Source: an uncultured cyanobacterium (GTDB lineage Bacteria; Cyanobacteriota; Cyanobacteriia; Cyanobacteriales; CAWCAG01). Taken from it: a stretch of 64,000 bases of DNA. The notes beneath the pieces are model-generated. The model worked only from the letters and a program-made list of their open reading frames with translations, was not told where the DNA came from and did not search any database. The position numbers were made by a program, and so were the translations under genes. Below are positions 30,923 to 40,593 of the stretch, in pieces. The DNA is taken from contig CAWDOD010000003.1 in NCBI GenBank assembly GCA_963803805.1, positions 384,001-448,000 on the forward strand, in the 5' to 3' direction. Each line of letters opens with the position of its first letter. Position 1 is the first letter of the stretch.

Positions 30923-31018
30923 CAAAGAGAAAACTGTTCCCTGTAGCCTTACGGCAACCATAAGCGCGAACCCCTGTTCCCTATTCATTTACAAAAAGCA
31001 ATAATTCTAGGAAATGGC

Positions 31019-32038
31019 ATGAAAACAAAAGTTGCAATATTAGGAGTAGGGCGCTGGGGTACTCATTTGTTGAGAAATTTTCATCAACATCCTCAAGCAG
31101 AGGTTGTTGCTGTTGTCGATCCTCACCAGAAAAGGTTGGTAGCTTGTAGAGAGAAGTTAGGTTTAGATGAACAGAGTATTGTTATGAGTACTCAGTGGTC
31201 TGCTGTACGGCAGTTAGAAGGGCTTGAGGCAGTGGTTGTTGCCACTCCTGCTTCTACCCATTACCCTTTAATTTTGGATGCCCTAGAACTCGGTTATCAC
31301 GTTCTAGCAGAAAAGCCCTTAACCTTAGAACCAAGTGAGTGTGTAGAACTTTGTGATTTAGCTCAAAAGCAGCAGAAACAGTTGTTAGTAGATCATACCT
31401 ATTTGTTTAACCCTGCGGTGGCAAAAGGGAAAGAAGTGGTTGCAACAGGAAAATTGGGAGCCTTGCGTTATGGTTATGCTAGTCGTACCCATTTGGGACC
31501 AGTACGACAAGATGTGGATGCCCTCTGGGATTTAGCAATTCATGACATTGCGATTTTTAACCATTGGTTGACAGAACAACCGATACAAGTACAGGCTAAT
31601 GGTTCTGTATGGTTACAACCAGAGGTGGCAGATTTGGTTTGGGTAACATTAACCTATCCTAGCGGCTTCCGAGCTTATATTCACCTTTGTTGGCTCAATC
31701 CTGATAAACAAAGGCGTTTGGGGATGGTTGGGGAGAAAGGAAGTTTGATTTTTGATGAAATGCTTACGGATGCACCCTTGACTTTGCAACAGGGTTATTT
31801 TGAGCGACAAGGTGCATATTATGCTCCTAAAGATCAACATCGTGAGGTAATTCCTGTTCCTGATGCTGAACCTCTTAAACAAGTCTGCGATCGCTTCTTA
31901 GAAAATATTCATTCTGGAACGAATCAGGCTGTTTCTTCTGGTTGGGTGGGTGCAGAGTTGGTACAGGTTCTTAGTTGTTTGAGGAAGTCTTTGGCACAGA
32001 GAGGAGAAGTTATCGAGGTTCCTATTTTAAGGCAATGA
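31019..32038 (+). CDS. Gfo/Idh/MocA family oxidoreductase
   Basis: GVGRWG, ATPASTH, AEKP and WDLAIHD motifs. Confidence 0.92.
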   Translation: MKTKVAILGVGRWGTHLLRNFHQHPQAEVVAVVDPHQKRLVACREKLGLDEQSIVMSTQWSAVRQLEGLEAVVVATPASTHYPLILDALELGYHVLAEKPLTLEPSECVELCDLAQKQQKQLLVDHTYLFNPAVAKGKEVVATGKLGALRYGYASRTHLGPVRQDVDALWDLAIHDIAIFNHWLTEQPIQVQANGSVWLQPEVADLVWVTLTYPSGFRAYIHLCWLNPDKQRRLGMVGEKGSLIFDEMLTDAPLTLQQGYFERQGAYYAPKDQHREVIPVPDAEPLKQVCDRFLENIHSGTNQAVSSGWVGAELVQVLSCLRKSLAQRGEVIEVPILRQ

Positions 32039-32217
32039 TGCCGTTGGGCTATAGTTACTCTTCTAATAGAGGTTTCCAGATATTGTTTTATCTGGGTGCG
32101 TAAATTTTGTTAATTCAATTTTTAGCTTCATCTTTAGCAAGAGTTTGGCCACTTTATATAATTAGGTAGAATTATTTCCTATTCTCTGTTCTCCGTTACC
32201 TATTTTTAATAATTATC

Positions 32218-35200
32218 ATGTTAACAAATAATAGTCAAGTCAAGTTACTTCTTTCTACTGCTGAATTTAGTGATAGCAATTTCTTGAAGAGTTTATTGTC
32301 AGAAAAAGGATATGAAGTACGAACGTTGGCTGCCGGAGAAACAGTTCTTCAAACTGTCAGACAGTTTTTACCAGACTTGATTTTACTAGCTACTAATTTA
32401 GCTCCTCTCAATGGTTATGAAATTTGTCTTAAGTTAAAAGACAACATGAATACTGCTCAGATTCCAGTAATATTTTTATTAGATGAGCAACAACAAAAGC
32501 AACGGGGTAAATGTTTCCAAGTTGGTTGTGCTGATGTTGTTGCTAAACCTTGGCAAATAGAAGAAATTACTGCTCGAATTAACCATCAAGTTACTATTCA
32601 AAACCTTAAGCAAGAATTAATAGAAGAACATCAAGCTAGAGAGAAAATTGAAAAAGAGGTTAATACAAGCATTCAAGAATTATTTAGTGAAGTTGTTGAC
32701 AAAAATTTACTTCAAGAGAAATTAAGCAATTCTGAAGCAGAAATGCAGGTTTTCTTTGAGGCGATGACGGATATAATTTTAGTTGCTGAAGCTGATGCTA
32801 GAAGTGTTAGAGTTATTCCTACTCGTAATAGTCTGGGAAAACAAGAGCAAATAGAGATTATTGATTTAACTATCAAGCAATTTTTTCCTGGTGCGGGAGA
32901 ACCGATTTTTTGGTCGCAAGTTGAAAAAGCTATTAAAAAGCAAGAGAAAGTTGATTTTGAATATAGCCTATGTTTACGAGGAAAAGATATTTGGTTTGCT
33001 GCTAGTATTGCTCCTATTACTAATTTAGAAACGGAAGCAGTTATTTGGGTTGCTCGTAATATAACTGAACAAAAGCAAGCTGAATTAGCTCTACAAAAAC
33101 TAGCTCATGATTTGGAATCAAGGGTTGATAACAGAACGAAAGAACTTCACAAAGCCAACAAAACTCTAAAACAAGAAATGGGCTTTCGTGAAGTAACGAA
33201 AATAGCTTTAGAGGATAGTGAACGTCGTTTCCGAGCTATATTTAATAATGTTTTTCAGTTTATTGGTTTATTATTACCTGATGGGACGGTTTTAGAAGCT
33301 AATCAAACTGCCTTGAATTTTGCAGGTATTAAACATGAAGATATTGTCGGCAAGCCCTTTTGGGAAGCGAAGTGGTGGACTATTTCTTCTGCTACCCAAG
33401 CAAGACTGAAAAAGGCGATCTCCCTAGCAGCAAAAGGAGGTTTTGTACGTTATGAAGTGGAAGTTTTAGGTAAAGAAGACAGAATTGCTACTATTGATTT
33501 TTCTCTGAAGCCTGTCCGTAATAAACAGGGGCAAGTAATATTATTGATTCCGGAAGGATGGGATATAACTGCACGGAAAGAAACTGAACAGGAATTACAA
33601 TGGCGTTCTCAAAGAGATAGTTTACTCAGAGATATTTCCCGAACTTTTCTTAATGGGGCAGTTTATGAAGCTATTGAATTCACTTTAAAAACAGTAGGCA
33701 AATTTCTTGGGGGCGATCGCTGTTCTCTTATTCATCTTGATAAAACTAAAGGAGATTTTTCCCTAACTCAGCAATGGTGTCGCCAAGGAGTTAAGTCCTC
33801 TTTTCAATACTATCAAGGAGTTAAGTTAGAGGACTATCTTCGGTTATACCAACAGTTTATTGAAAAAGATATTATTGAAATTCCTTTAGTTGCAGCAATG
33901 CCCCCAGAGGCCAAACAAGAGCAAAATGATTTGCAAAAACACGCAATTCAATCTTTGCTAATTGTACCAATGAATGATGCAGGAGAAGCGGTAGGATTTA
34001 TTTGCTTAGATGCGGTTTATTCTCCTCAAATTTGGAATCAGAAACAAAAAGATTTTCTTAGATTTGTTGGGGAGTTAATTGTTATTGCCCAAGAACGTTA
34101 TAAAGCCAAAAAACAACTCAAAGAATCTCAACAAAGACTTTCTTTTTTGATTGAGCAAACTCCTTTGGCTGTGATTGAATGGTCAACAGATAAGAAACTT
34201 TTAACTTGGAATCAGGGGGCAGAAAAAGTATTTGGTTATACTGCCGCAGAAGCTATCGGTAAAGGGACAGAATTATTAGTTCCTGAAAGGGTTGCTCAAG
34301 AAGTTAATCAGGTAATTGACAACATTATTGAGCAACAGGGAGGAACTCATAGCATTAATAAAAACATTACTAAAGATGGTCGTATTATTACTTGTGAGTG
34401 GTTTAATACACCACTGCTAGATGAAAGTGGTTCAGTTATTGCCTTAGCTTCTATTGCTATGGATATAACCGAACGTAAGCAGAGAGAATGGTTGCGGAAT
34501 ACTCGCAGTCAGGTTTTGTCGATGCTGGCTTTTGGGTTGCCATTGCCGGAAGTTTTACTTGAGTTGGTGATGCAGGTAGAAAGACAGATGCCGGAATTGT
34601 CTTGTTCTATTTTGCTCAAAGTTCCTGAAAGCAACTGTTTACGTCCCTATGTTAGTGCAAATATTCCTGAAGCTTGGAATAAGCTGATTGACTCTTTACC
34701 TATCGCTCCTCATACTGGGGCTTGTGGGAGAGCAGCTTATTTAGGGAAGCGGGTTATAGTAGAGGATATGAGCCAAGATCCTTTGGTTGCTCCTTGGCGA
34801 GAACAAGCTGCCCAGTGTAAGTTACAAGCTTGTTGGTCTGAACCCATTAAATCAGAACAAGGGGACATTTTGGGAACCTTTGCCCTCTATTTCAAGCAAC
34901 CGCAATCCCCTAAACAACTGGAGATAGAAGTCATTGAATCCTTAGCTCAACTAGCAGCTTTGGTGATTCTACGTAAACAAGCAGAAGCAGCTTTGCAAGA
35001 GTCTAAGGAAGTTGCTGAGGCTGCAAACCGAACCAAAAGCGACTTTTTAGCGAAGATGAGCCACGAGTTGCGCACTCCCCTTAATGCCATCCTTGGCTTC
35101 AGTCAGTTGATGACTCGTGATCCGTCTTTGAGTTCACGACAACTAGAACATTTAAGTATTATTAATCGTAGCGGAGAACATCTCCTCACCTTAATTAATG

Positions 35201-36426
35201 ATGTTTTGTCTATGGCCAAAATTGAAGCTGGCAAGGTGGCATTGCAAGAAAATAGCTTTGATTTATCTATCTGCCTCAATTCTTTAGAGAAAATGTTGCA
35301 ACTTAAAGCTCAGGGCAAAGGTTTGCAGCTTCACTTTGAATACCATGATAATTTACCCCAGTTTGTTAAAGCAGATGAAAGTAAATTGCGTCAGGTTTTG
35401 CTTAATTTACTCGGCAATGCCATCAAGTTCACTCAAGCTGGGGAAGTTAGGTTACAGATTAACCAAGTATTGAGTGAAGACAGTACTAATTGCATCTTAG
35501 CTTTTGATGTAACTGATAGCGGTGCAGGCATTGCCTCAGAAGAACTAGACCAATTGTTTGACCCCTTTTCTCAAACCGATTCAGGGCGCAAAGCCATGAT
35601 GGGAACTGGTTTAGGTTTGCCAATTAGTCAGCAGTTTGTAGCTTTGATGGGTGGAGAAATAAAAGTTATTAGCAAGGTGGGGCAGGGCAGTAGTTTTAGC
35701 TTTGCCATTCCGGTTCAAGTTGTGCCACAGCTTGAACAGACGAAGGAAGCCCAACCTCAAAAGGTGGTTGGTTTGCAGTCTGAACAGGAAGAGTATCGCA
35801 TTTTGATAATTGAAGATGTGTTAGAAAATCGCCAATTAGTTAAAGAAATTCTCCAACCCCTTGGTTTTCAAGTGCAAGGGGCAGAAAATGGGCAAGAAGG
35901 TTTAGTGACTTGGGAAAGTTGGCAACCTCAGTTAATCCTGATGGATATGGCTATGCCAGTTATGAACGGTTATGAAACTACAAAAAGGATTAAAGAAACT
36001 CCTCAAGGCGAACAAACAACAATAATTGCTCTGACTGCCAGCGCTTTTGAAGAACAAAGAGCCGAGATTTTGTTAGTAGGTTGTGATGACTTCTTGCGCA
36101 AACCCTTTAAAGAATATATATTGTTAAGAAAGATTAAGAAATTTTTAGGAGTTGAATATATTTATGAGGAAAATGATTGCTTAATTGAAGAAAATCATAG
36201 TAGTACCTTACTTCCTCTCAAGGCTGAAGATTTAAACTCAATGCCCAAAGAATGGCTAGAAAATTTATATTTGGCAGCCCTATCTATAGATCATCAACAA
36301 GTGATGGATTTAATCGAAAAAATTCCAGAAAAGGAGGCTAATTTAGCTCTGACCTTAACTAATTTAGTTGAAAATTTTCGTGTGGATTTAATTGTTAATT
36401 GTATAGAAGAAGGGAATAGTCAATAG
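32218..36426 (+). CDS. Hybrid sensor histidine kinase: pseudo-REC, PAS, PAS, GAF, PAS, GAF, HisKA, HATPase, REC
   Basis: MSHELRTPLN H-box, NLLGNAIKF, GTGLGL, C-terminal ILMDMAMP receiver; the N-terminal receiver has LILLA in place of LILLD. Confidence 0.92.
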   Translation: MLTNNSQVKLLLSTAEFSDSNFLKSLLSEKGYEVRTLAAGETVLQTVRQFLPDLILLATNLAPLNGYEICLKLKDNMNTAQIPVIFLLDEQQQKQRGKCFQVGCADVVAKPWQIEEITARINHQVTIQNLKQELIEEHQAREKIEKEVNTSIQELFSEVVDKNLLQEKLSNSEAEMQVFFEAMTDIILVAEADARSVRVIPTRNSLGKQEQIEIIDLTIKQFFPGAGEPIFWSQVEKAIKKQEKVDFEYSLCLRGKDIWFAASIAPITNLETEAVIWVARNITEQKQAELALQKLAHDLESRVDNRTKELHKANKTLKQEMGFREVTKIALEDSERRFRAIFNNVFQFIGLLLPDGTVLEANQTALNFAGIKHEDIVGKPFWEAKWWTISSATQARLKKAISLAAKGGFVRYEVEVLGKEDRIATIDFSLKPVRNKQGQVILLIPEGWDITARKETEQELQWRSQRDSLLRDISRTFLNGAVYEAIEFTLKTVGKFLGGDRCSLIHLDKTKGDFSLTQQWCRQGVKSSFQYYQGVKLEDYLRLYQQFIEKDIIEIPLVAAMPPEAKQEQNDLQKHAIQSLLIVPMNDAGEAVGFICLDAVYSPQIWNQKQKDFLRFVGELIVIAQERYKAKKQLKESQQRLSFLIEQTPLAVIEWSTDKKLLTWNQGAEKVFGYTAAEAIGKGTELLVPERVAQEVNQVIDNIIEQQGGTHSINKNITKDGRIITCEWFNTPLLDESGSVIALASIAMDITERKQREWLRNTRSQVLSMLAFGLPLPEVLLELVMQVERQMPELSCSILLKVPESNCLRPYVSANIPEAWNKLIDSLPIAPHTGACGRAAYLGKRVIVEDMSQDPLVAPWREQAAQCKLQACWSEPIKSEQGDILGTFALYFKQPQSPKQLEIEVIESLAQLAALVILRKQAEAALQESKEVAEAANRTKSDFLAKMSHELRTPLNAILGFSQLMTRDPSLSSRQLEHLSIINRSGEHLLTLINDVLSMAKIEAGKVALQENSFDLSICLNSLEKMLQLKAQGKGLQLHFEYHDNLPQFVKADESKLRQVLLNLLGNAIKFTQAGEVRLQINQVLSEDSTNCILAFDVTDSGAGIASEELDQLFDPFSQTDSGRKAMMGTGLGLPISQQFVALMGGEIKVISKVGQGSSFSFAIPVQVVPQLEQTKEAQPQKVVGLQSEQEEYRILIIEDVLENRQLVKEILQPLGFQVQGAENGQEGLVTWESWQPQLILMDMAMPVMNGYETTKRIKETPQGEQTTIIALTASAFEEQRAEILLVGCDDFLRKPFKEYILLRKIKKFLGVEYIYEENDCLIEENHSSTLLPLKAEDLNSMPKEWLENLYLAALSIDHQQVMDLIEKIPEKEANLALTLTNLVENFRVDLIVNCIEEGNSQ

Positions 36427-36529
36427 TCACTCTTTTCTAAGAAAGCTCAACCCACAAAAAATCCAAAAACCTATTCTGTAAAAAAACCACTTCCTATTGA
36501 AAGATGGACTATTCTCTATTTTTTAAAAA

Positions 36530-39490
36530 ATGCTTAAAGAAAATTACATTCTGCCCCAAGATGTTGATTTAACCAACTGCGATCGCGAGGCAATTCATAT
36601 ACCAGGACAAATTCAACCCCACGGTGTTCTTTTAGTGCTTGAAGAACCTAGTTTAAGGATTTTACAAGCAAGTAGCAATACAGAGCAGCTTTGGGGTATT
36701 ACTGCTCAATCTTTAATTGGTCAATATTTAGATTTTTTACTAATTGCAGAAGATCTAAGTAATTTAAAATCCTCTTTGAAAGAGGATAATATAGAAGTCT
36801 ATAATCCTTGGCTTTTGAAGCTAGAGTTAGGCAAGAAACATTTTGCTTATGAAAGTTCTCTACATCGCTATCAGGGAGCTTTGATTTTAGAATTAGAACC
36901 TTTGACTTTATATAACAGAAAATCTGCTTCGGGTTTTTATCAGTTAGTTAAAACAGCTTTAGCTACTATTAGACAGGCAAATAACCTTTCTGAAGCCACA
37001 GAACTTTTAGCCCAAGAAGTAAAAAAAATAACTGGCTATGATCGAGTCATGGTTTATCGCTTTGAACCTGATGATAGCGGGGTAGTAGTAGCAGAAGATA
37101 AAAAAGCAGGATTAGAACCCTATTTACATTTACATTACCCTGCTTCCGATATTCCTAAGCAAGCAAGAAAGCTTTATTATGAAAATTGGTTACGCTTAAT
37201 TGTTGATGTTAGCTACGAACCAGCTAATATTATTCCTGCCCATAATCCTCTTACTAGTGAGCCTTTAGATTTAAGCCGTTCTGTGTTAAGGAGTGTCTCT
37301 CCTTTGCATAGAGAATATTTACAAAATATGGGAGTTTATTCTTCCTGTAGCATTTCTTTGATTAATGAACAAAAACTCTGGGGTTTGATTGCTTGTCATC
37401 ACTATACCCCGAAATATGTAGATTATGAAACCAGAAAAGCTTGTGAGTTTATTGGGCAATTAATGTCTGCTGCTTTGGTAAAGAAGCAACAGGAAGATTT
37501 CCTGGTTTATCAACAGCAGATTAAATCACTGCAACAAAAGTTCCGAAAAATCACCACCAATAAAAATAATTCTCAGCATGAAATATTAACTGCTAGCGAT
37601 CAGAGTTTATTAGAGCTAGTTGATGCCAAAGGGGCAGCTATTTTATTAGAGGGAAAATTAACTTTATTAGGGCAAACTCCCAGCCGAGAACAAGTTAGTA
37701 ATTTGATTACTTGGTTGAAAGAATCTTCTCGCCCAGAAATGTTTTTTACTAATCACCTCAGTCAAGATTATCCCCCAGCCACAGCTTTTGTAGAACAAGC
37801 TTGTGGTTTACTCGCCATTTCTTTATCTGTCAAGCAAATTTCCTATCATGTTCTTTGGTTTCGCCCCCAATATATTCAAATAGTGAACTGGGCAGGAAAC
37901 CCCAAAAAATCTGTAACTATTGATGAACAGGGGGGCATAAATTTACTGCCCCGTAAATCTTTTGCCTTGTGGACAGAAACAGTTAAAAATAAGTCTTTAC
38001 CTTGGCAGCAAATCGAACTTGATGCAGCCCAAGAATTTAGAAACACCTTACTTCTAGCGGCATTACAATCTTCTCAAGAAGCATTAGAAAAAACTGCTCA
38101 AGAAGCAGAAATTGCCAATAAGGCTAAGACTCAATTCTTAGCAAAAATGAGTCACGAATTACGTACTCCCCTCAACGCAATTCTGGGCTTTAGCCAAGTA
38201 ATGAATAAAAACGATACTTTATCTGTTAAACAAAGAGAGCATTTAGGAATTATTAATCGTAGTGGGGAGCATTTATTAACCCTCATTGATGATGTTTTAA
38301 ATATGTCTAAAATCGAAGCTGGTGGAGTCATCCTCAATGAACATGGCTTTGATTTATTTAAAGTACTAAACTCTTTGGAGGAAATGCTCAAATTCAAAGC
38401 TAACGCTAAGGGATTGCAACTTGAATTTCAACTAGCTGCAAACTTACCTCAATATGTTTACAGCGACGAAAGCAAACTACGTCAGGTTTTGCTTAACTTA
38501 TTAGGCAATGCTATCAAATTTACCCCCCAAGGAAAAGTTACCTTACAAGTAAATAATATCTCTCACCAAAAAAGTTCTGATCTACTTTTATCATTTTCCG
38601 TCGCTGATACAGGTTTGGGCATCGCCCCAGAAGAGTTGAATAAATTATTTGATCCTTTTGTACAAACAGAAACAGGGCGTAAGTCAATGGAGGGGACAGG
38701 TTTAGGAGTTTCTATTAGTAAACAATTTGTTAGTTTATTGGGGGGAGAACTCAAAGTTAGTAGTGTGGTAGGAGAAGGTAGTACTTTTTCCTTTGAGATT
38801 CCTGTTCAAGAAGTTCCTGAAACTGAGGTAGAAACTACTGAAAGTAAAAGAGTAATTGGTTTAGCCCCAGGGCAACCTCAATATCGCATTTTAGTTGTCG
38901 AAGATGTTTCGGAAAACCTCCAACTCATTGTAGAAATTCTAAAACCTTTGGGCTTTCAGCTTCGCAAAGCTAAAAATGGCCAAGAAGGAGTGAATTTGTG
39001 GCAAATTTGGCAACCTCAGCTAATTTTAATGGATATGGAAATGCCTATCATGAATGGCTACGAAGCCACCAAAGACATCAAAAATACCCCAACAGATAAA
39101 GAAACAATTATCATTGCCCTCACTGCCAGCGCTTTTGAGGAACAAAGGGCAGAAATTTTAGCTGCCGGGTGTGATGACTTTTTGCGTAAACCTTTCCGAG
39201 AAAGCCTTTTGTTAGAGAAGATCAGCCATCATTTGGGGGTACGCTATATATACGCTGAAACAAATCAACAAAGTAGCCCAACCCAAAACCTAACCCCCGA
39301 AGCCCTACAAGTCATGCCACAACAGTGGCGAGAAGAATTGCGCTTAGCAGCCCTTTCTATGGATGAAGAACAACTTTGGCAATTGATTAAGAAGATTCCC
39401 CCGTCAGAAGCTAATCTTGTAGAGAGCTTAACAGAATTGATTAACAACTTCCGGTTAGATATAATAGCGGAATCTACTGAATTAGGGTAA
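36530..39490 (+). CDS. Bacteriophytochrome-type (CphB/AphB-like) PAS-GAF-PHY hybrid histidine kinase
   Basis: LTNCDREAIHIPGQIQPHG, YDRVMVYRF, PASDIP, RSVSPLH and PRKSF tongue; HisKA, HATPase and REC domains. Confidence 0.93.
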   Translation: MLKENYILPQDVDLTNCDREAIHIPGQIQPHGVLLVLEEPSLRILQASSNTEQLWGITAQSLIGQYLDFLLIAEDLSNLKSSLKEDNIEVYNPWLLKLELGKKHFAYESSLHRYQGALILELEPLTLYNRKSASGFYQLVKTALATIRQANNLSEATELLAQEVKKITGYDRVMVYRFEPDDSGVVVAEDKKAGLEPYLHLHYPASDIPKQARKLYYENWLRLIVDVSYEPANIIPAHNPLTSEPLDLSRSVLRSVSPLHREYLQNMGVYSSCSISLINEQKLWGLIACHHYTPKYVDYETRKACEFIGQLMSAALVKKQQEDFLVYQQQIKSLQQKFRKITTNKNNSQHEILTASDQSLLELVDAKGAAILLEGKLTLLGQTPSREQVSNLITWLKESSRPEMFFTNHLSQDYPPATAFVEQACGLLAISLSVKQISYHVLWFRPQYIQIVNWAGNPKKSVTIDEQGGINLLPRKSFALWTETVKNKSLPWQQIELDAAQEFRNTLLLAALQSSQEALEKTAQEAEIANKAKTQFLAKMSHELRTPLNAILGFSQVMNKNDTLSVKQREHLGIINRSGEHLLTLIDDVLNMSKIEAGGVILNEHGFDLFKVLNSLEEMLKFKANAKGLQLEFQLAANLPQYVYSDESKLRQVLLNLLGNAIKFTPQGKVTLQVNNISHQKSSDLLLSFSVADTGLGIAPEELNKLFDPFVQTETGRKSMEGTGLGVSISKQFVSLLGGELKVSSVVGEGSTFSFEIPVQEVPETEVETTESKRVIGLAPGQPQYRILVVEDVSENLQLIVEILKPLGFQLRKAKNGQEGVNLWQIWQPQLILMDMEMPIMNGYEATKDIKNTPTDKETIIIALTASAFEEQRAEILAAGCDDFLRKPFRESLLLEKISHHLGVRYIYAETNQQSSPTQNLTPEALQVMPQQWREELRLAALSMDEEQLWQLIKKIPPSEANLVESLTELINNFRLDIIAESTELG

Positions 39491-39544
39491 AACGCATCAC
39501 CATAAAAAAACCCAAAAATACTGGTATAAATACAGTGAAGCTGC

Positions 39545-40576
39545 ATGAACAATTCTAATCCAGCAAACCAAAAAGAAAGCATCTTAATTGTGGATGATAA
39601 GCCTGATAACTTAAGGCTTTTATCAACAATGTTAGAGGCTCAAGGATACAAAGTTAAAAAAGCCCTTGATGGTAATTTTGCGATTAAAGGAGCGCAGATT
39701 GCTCCTCCTGATTTAATTTTGCTGGATATAAATATGCCAGTCATAAATGGCTACCAAGTATGTAAAGAATTAAAGAAGCAGCCCAAAACCAGTCAAATAC
39801 CGATTATTTTTATAAGCGCCCTTGATCGCCCCCTCGATCAAGTCAAAGCTTTTAAAATTGGTGGAGCAGATTATATTACTAAACCGTTTCATTTAGAAGA
39901 AGTATTAGCAAGAGTTGAAAATCAGTTAAACCAACAAAGATTAGCGCAAAAATTGCAGGCACAAAACCTAATTTTAGAGAAAGAAATAGAGGGGCGTTTA
40001 CGGACAGAAGAAGCCTTGATTGCAGCAAATAGAGAACTAGAACGCCTTGCTAATTTAGATGGCTTAACAGAAATTTCTAATCGCCGTAGCTTTGATATTG
40101 CTCTCAATTTAGAATGGCAAAGACATTTGCATAAAAGTTTGCCTCTTTCTTTAATTTTGTGTGACGTAGACTATTTCAAAGCTTATAACGATACCTACGG
40201 ACATTTGCGAGGAGATGATTGTTTACGGCAAGTAGCTAATTGCCTCCGTCTAGTAGTAGAAAAAGCCGACATTCCTTGGGCAAGGGCTGCTCGTTATGGG
40301 GGAGAAGAGTTTGCTGTTATTCTTCCTAATACAAAAATTCAACAAGCTATGGAAATAGCAGCACAAATACAAATTGAATTAGCCAACTTAAAAATTCCTC
40401 ATATTCGCTCTCAAGCAAGCCAGTTTGTTACCCTAAGTCTTGGTGTAACAACGATTATTCCCCAAGCTAGCTTAACAACTAAGAATTTAATAGATATGAC
40501 TGACTGTGCGCTTTATGAAGCAAAAAAAAGAGGCAGAAATCGTATTTTCTCCGAGCAACTAATAGCAATTGGCTAA
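39545..40576 (+). CDS. Response-regulator diguanylate cyclase (REC-GGDEF)
   Basis: ILIVDD and LILLDINMP receiver; DGLT, DVDYFKAYND and ARYGGEEF. Confidence 0.94.
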   Translation: MNNSNPANQKESILIVDDKPDNLRLLSTMLEAQGYKVKKALDGNFAIKGAQIAPPDLILLDINMPVINGYQVCKELKKQPKTSQIPIIFISALDRPLDQVKAFKIGGADYITKPFHLEEVLARVENQLNQQRLAQKLQAQNLILEKEIEGRLRTEEALIAANRELERLANLDGLTEISNRRSFDIALNLEWQRHLHKSLPLSLILCDVDYFKAYNDTYGHLRGDDCLRQVANCLRLVVEKADIPWARAARYGGEEFAVILPNTKIQQAMEIAAQIQIELANLKIPHIRSQASQFVTLSLGVTTIIPQASLTTKNLIDMTDCALYEAKKRGRNRIFSEQLIAIG

Positions 40577-40593
40577 TTGATATTAGGCACTTA

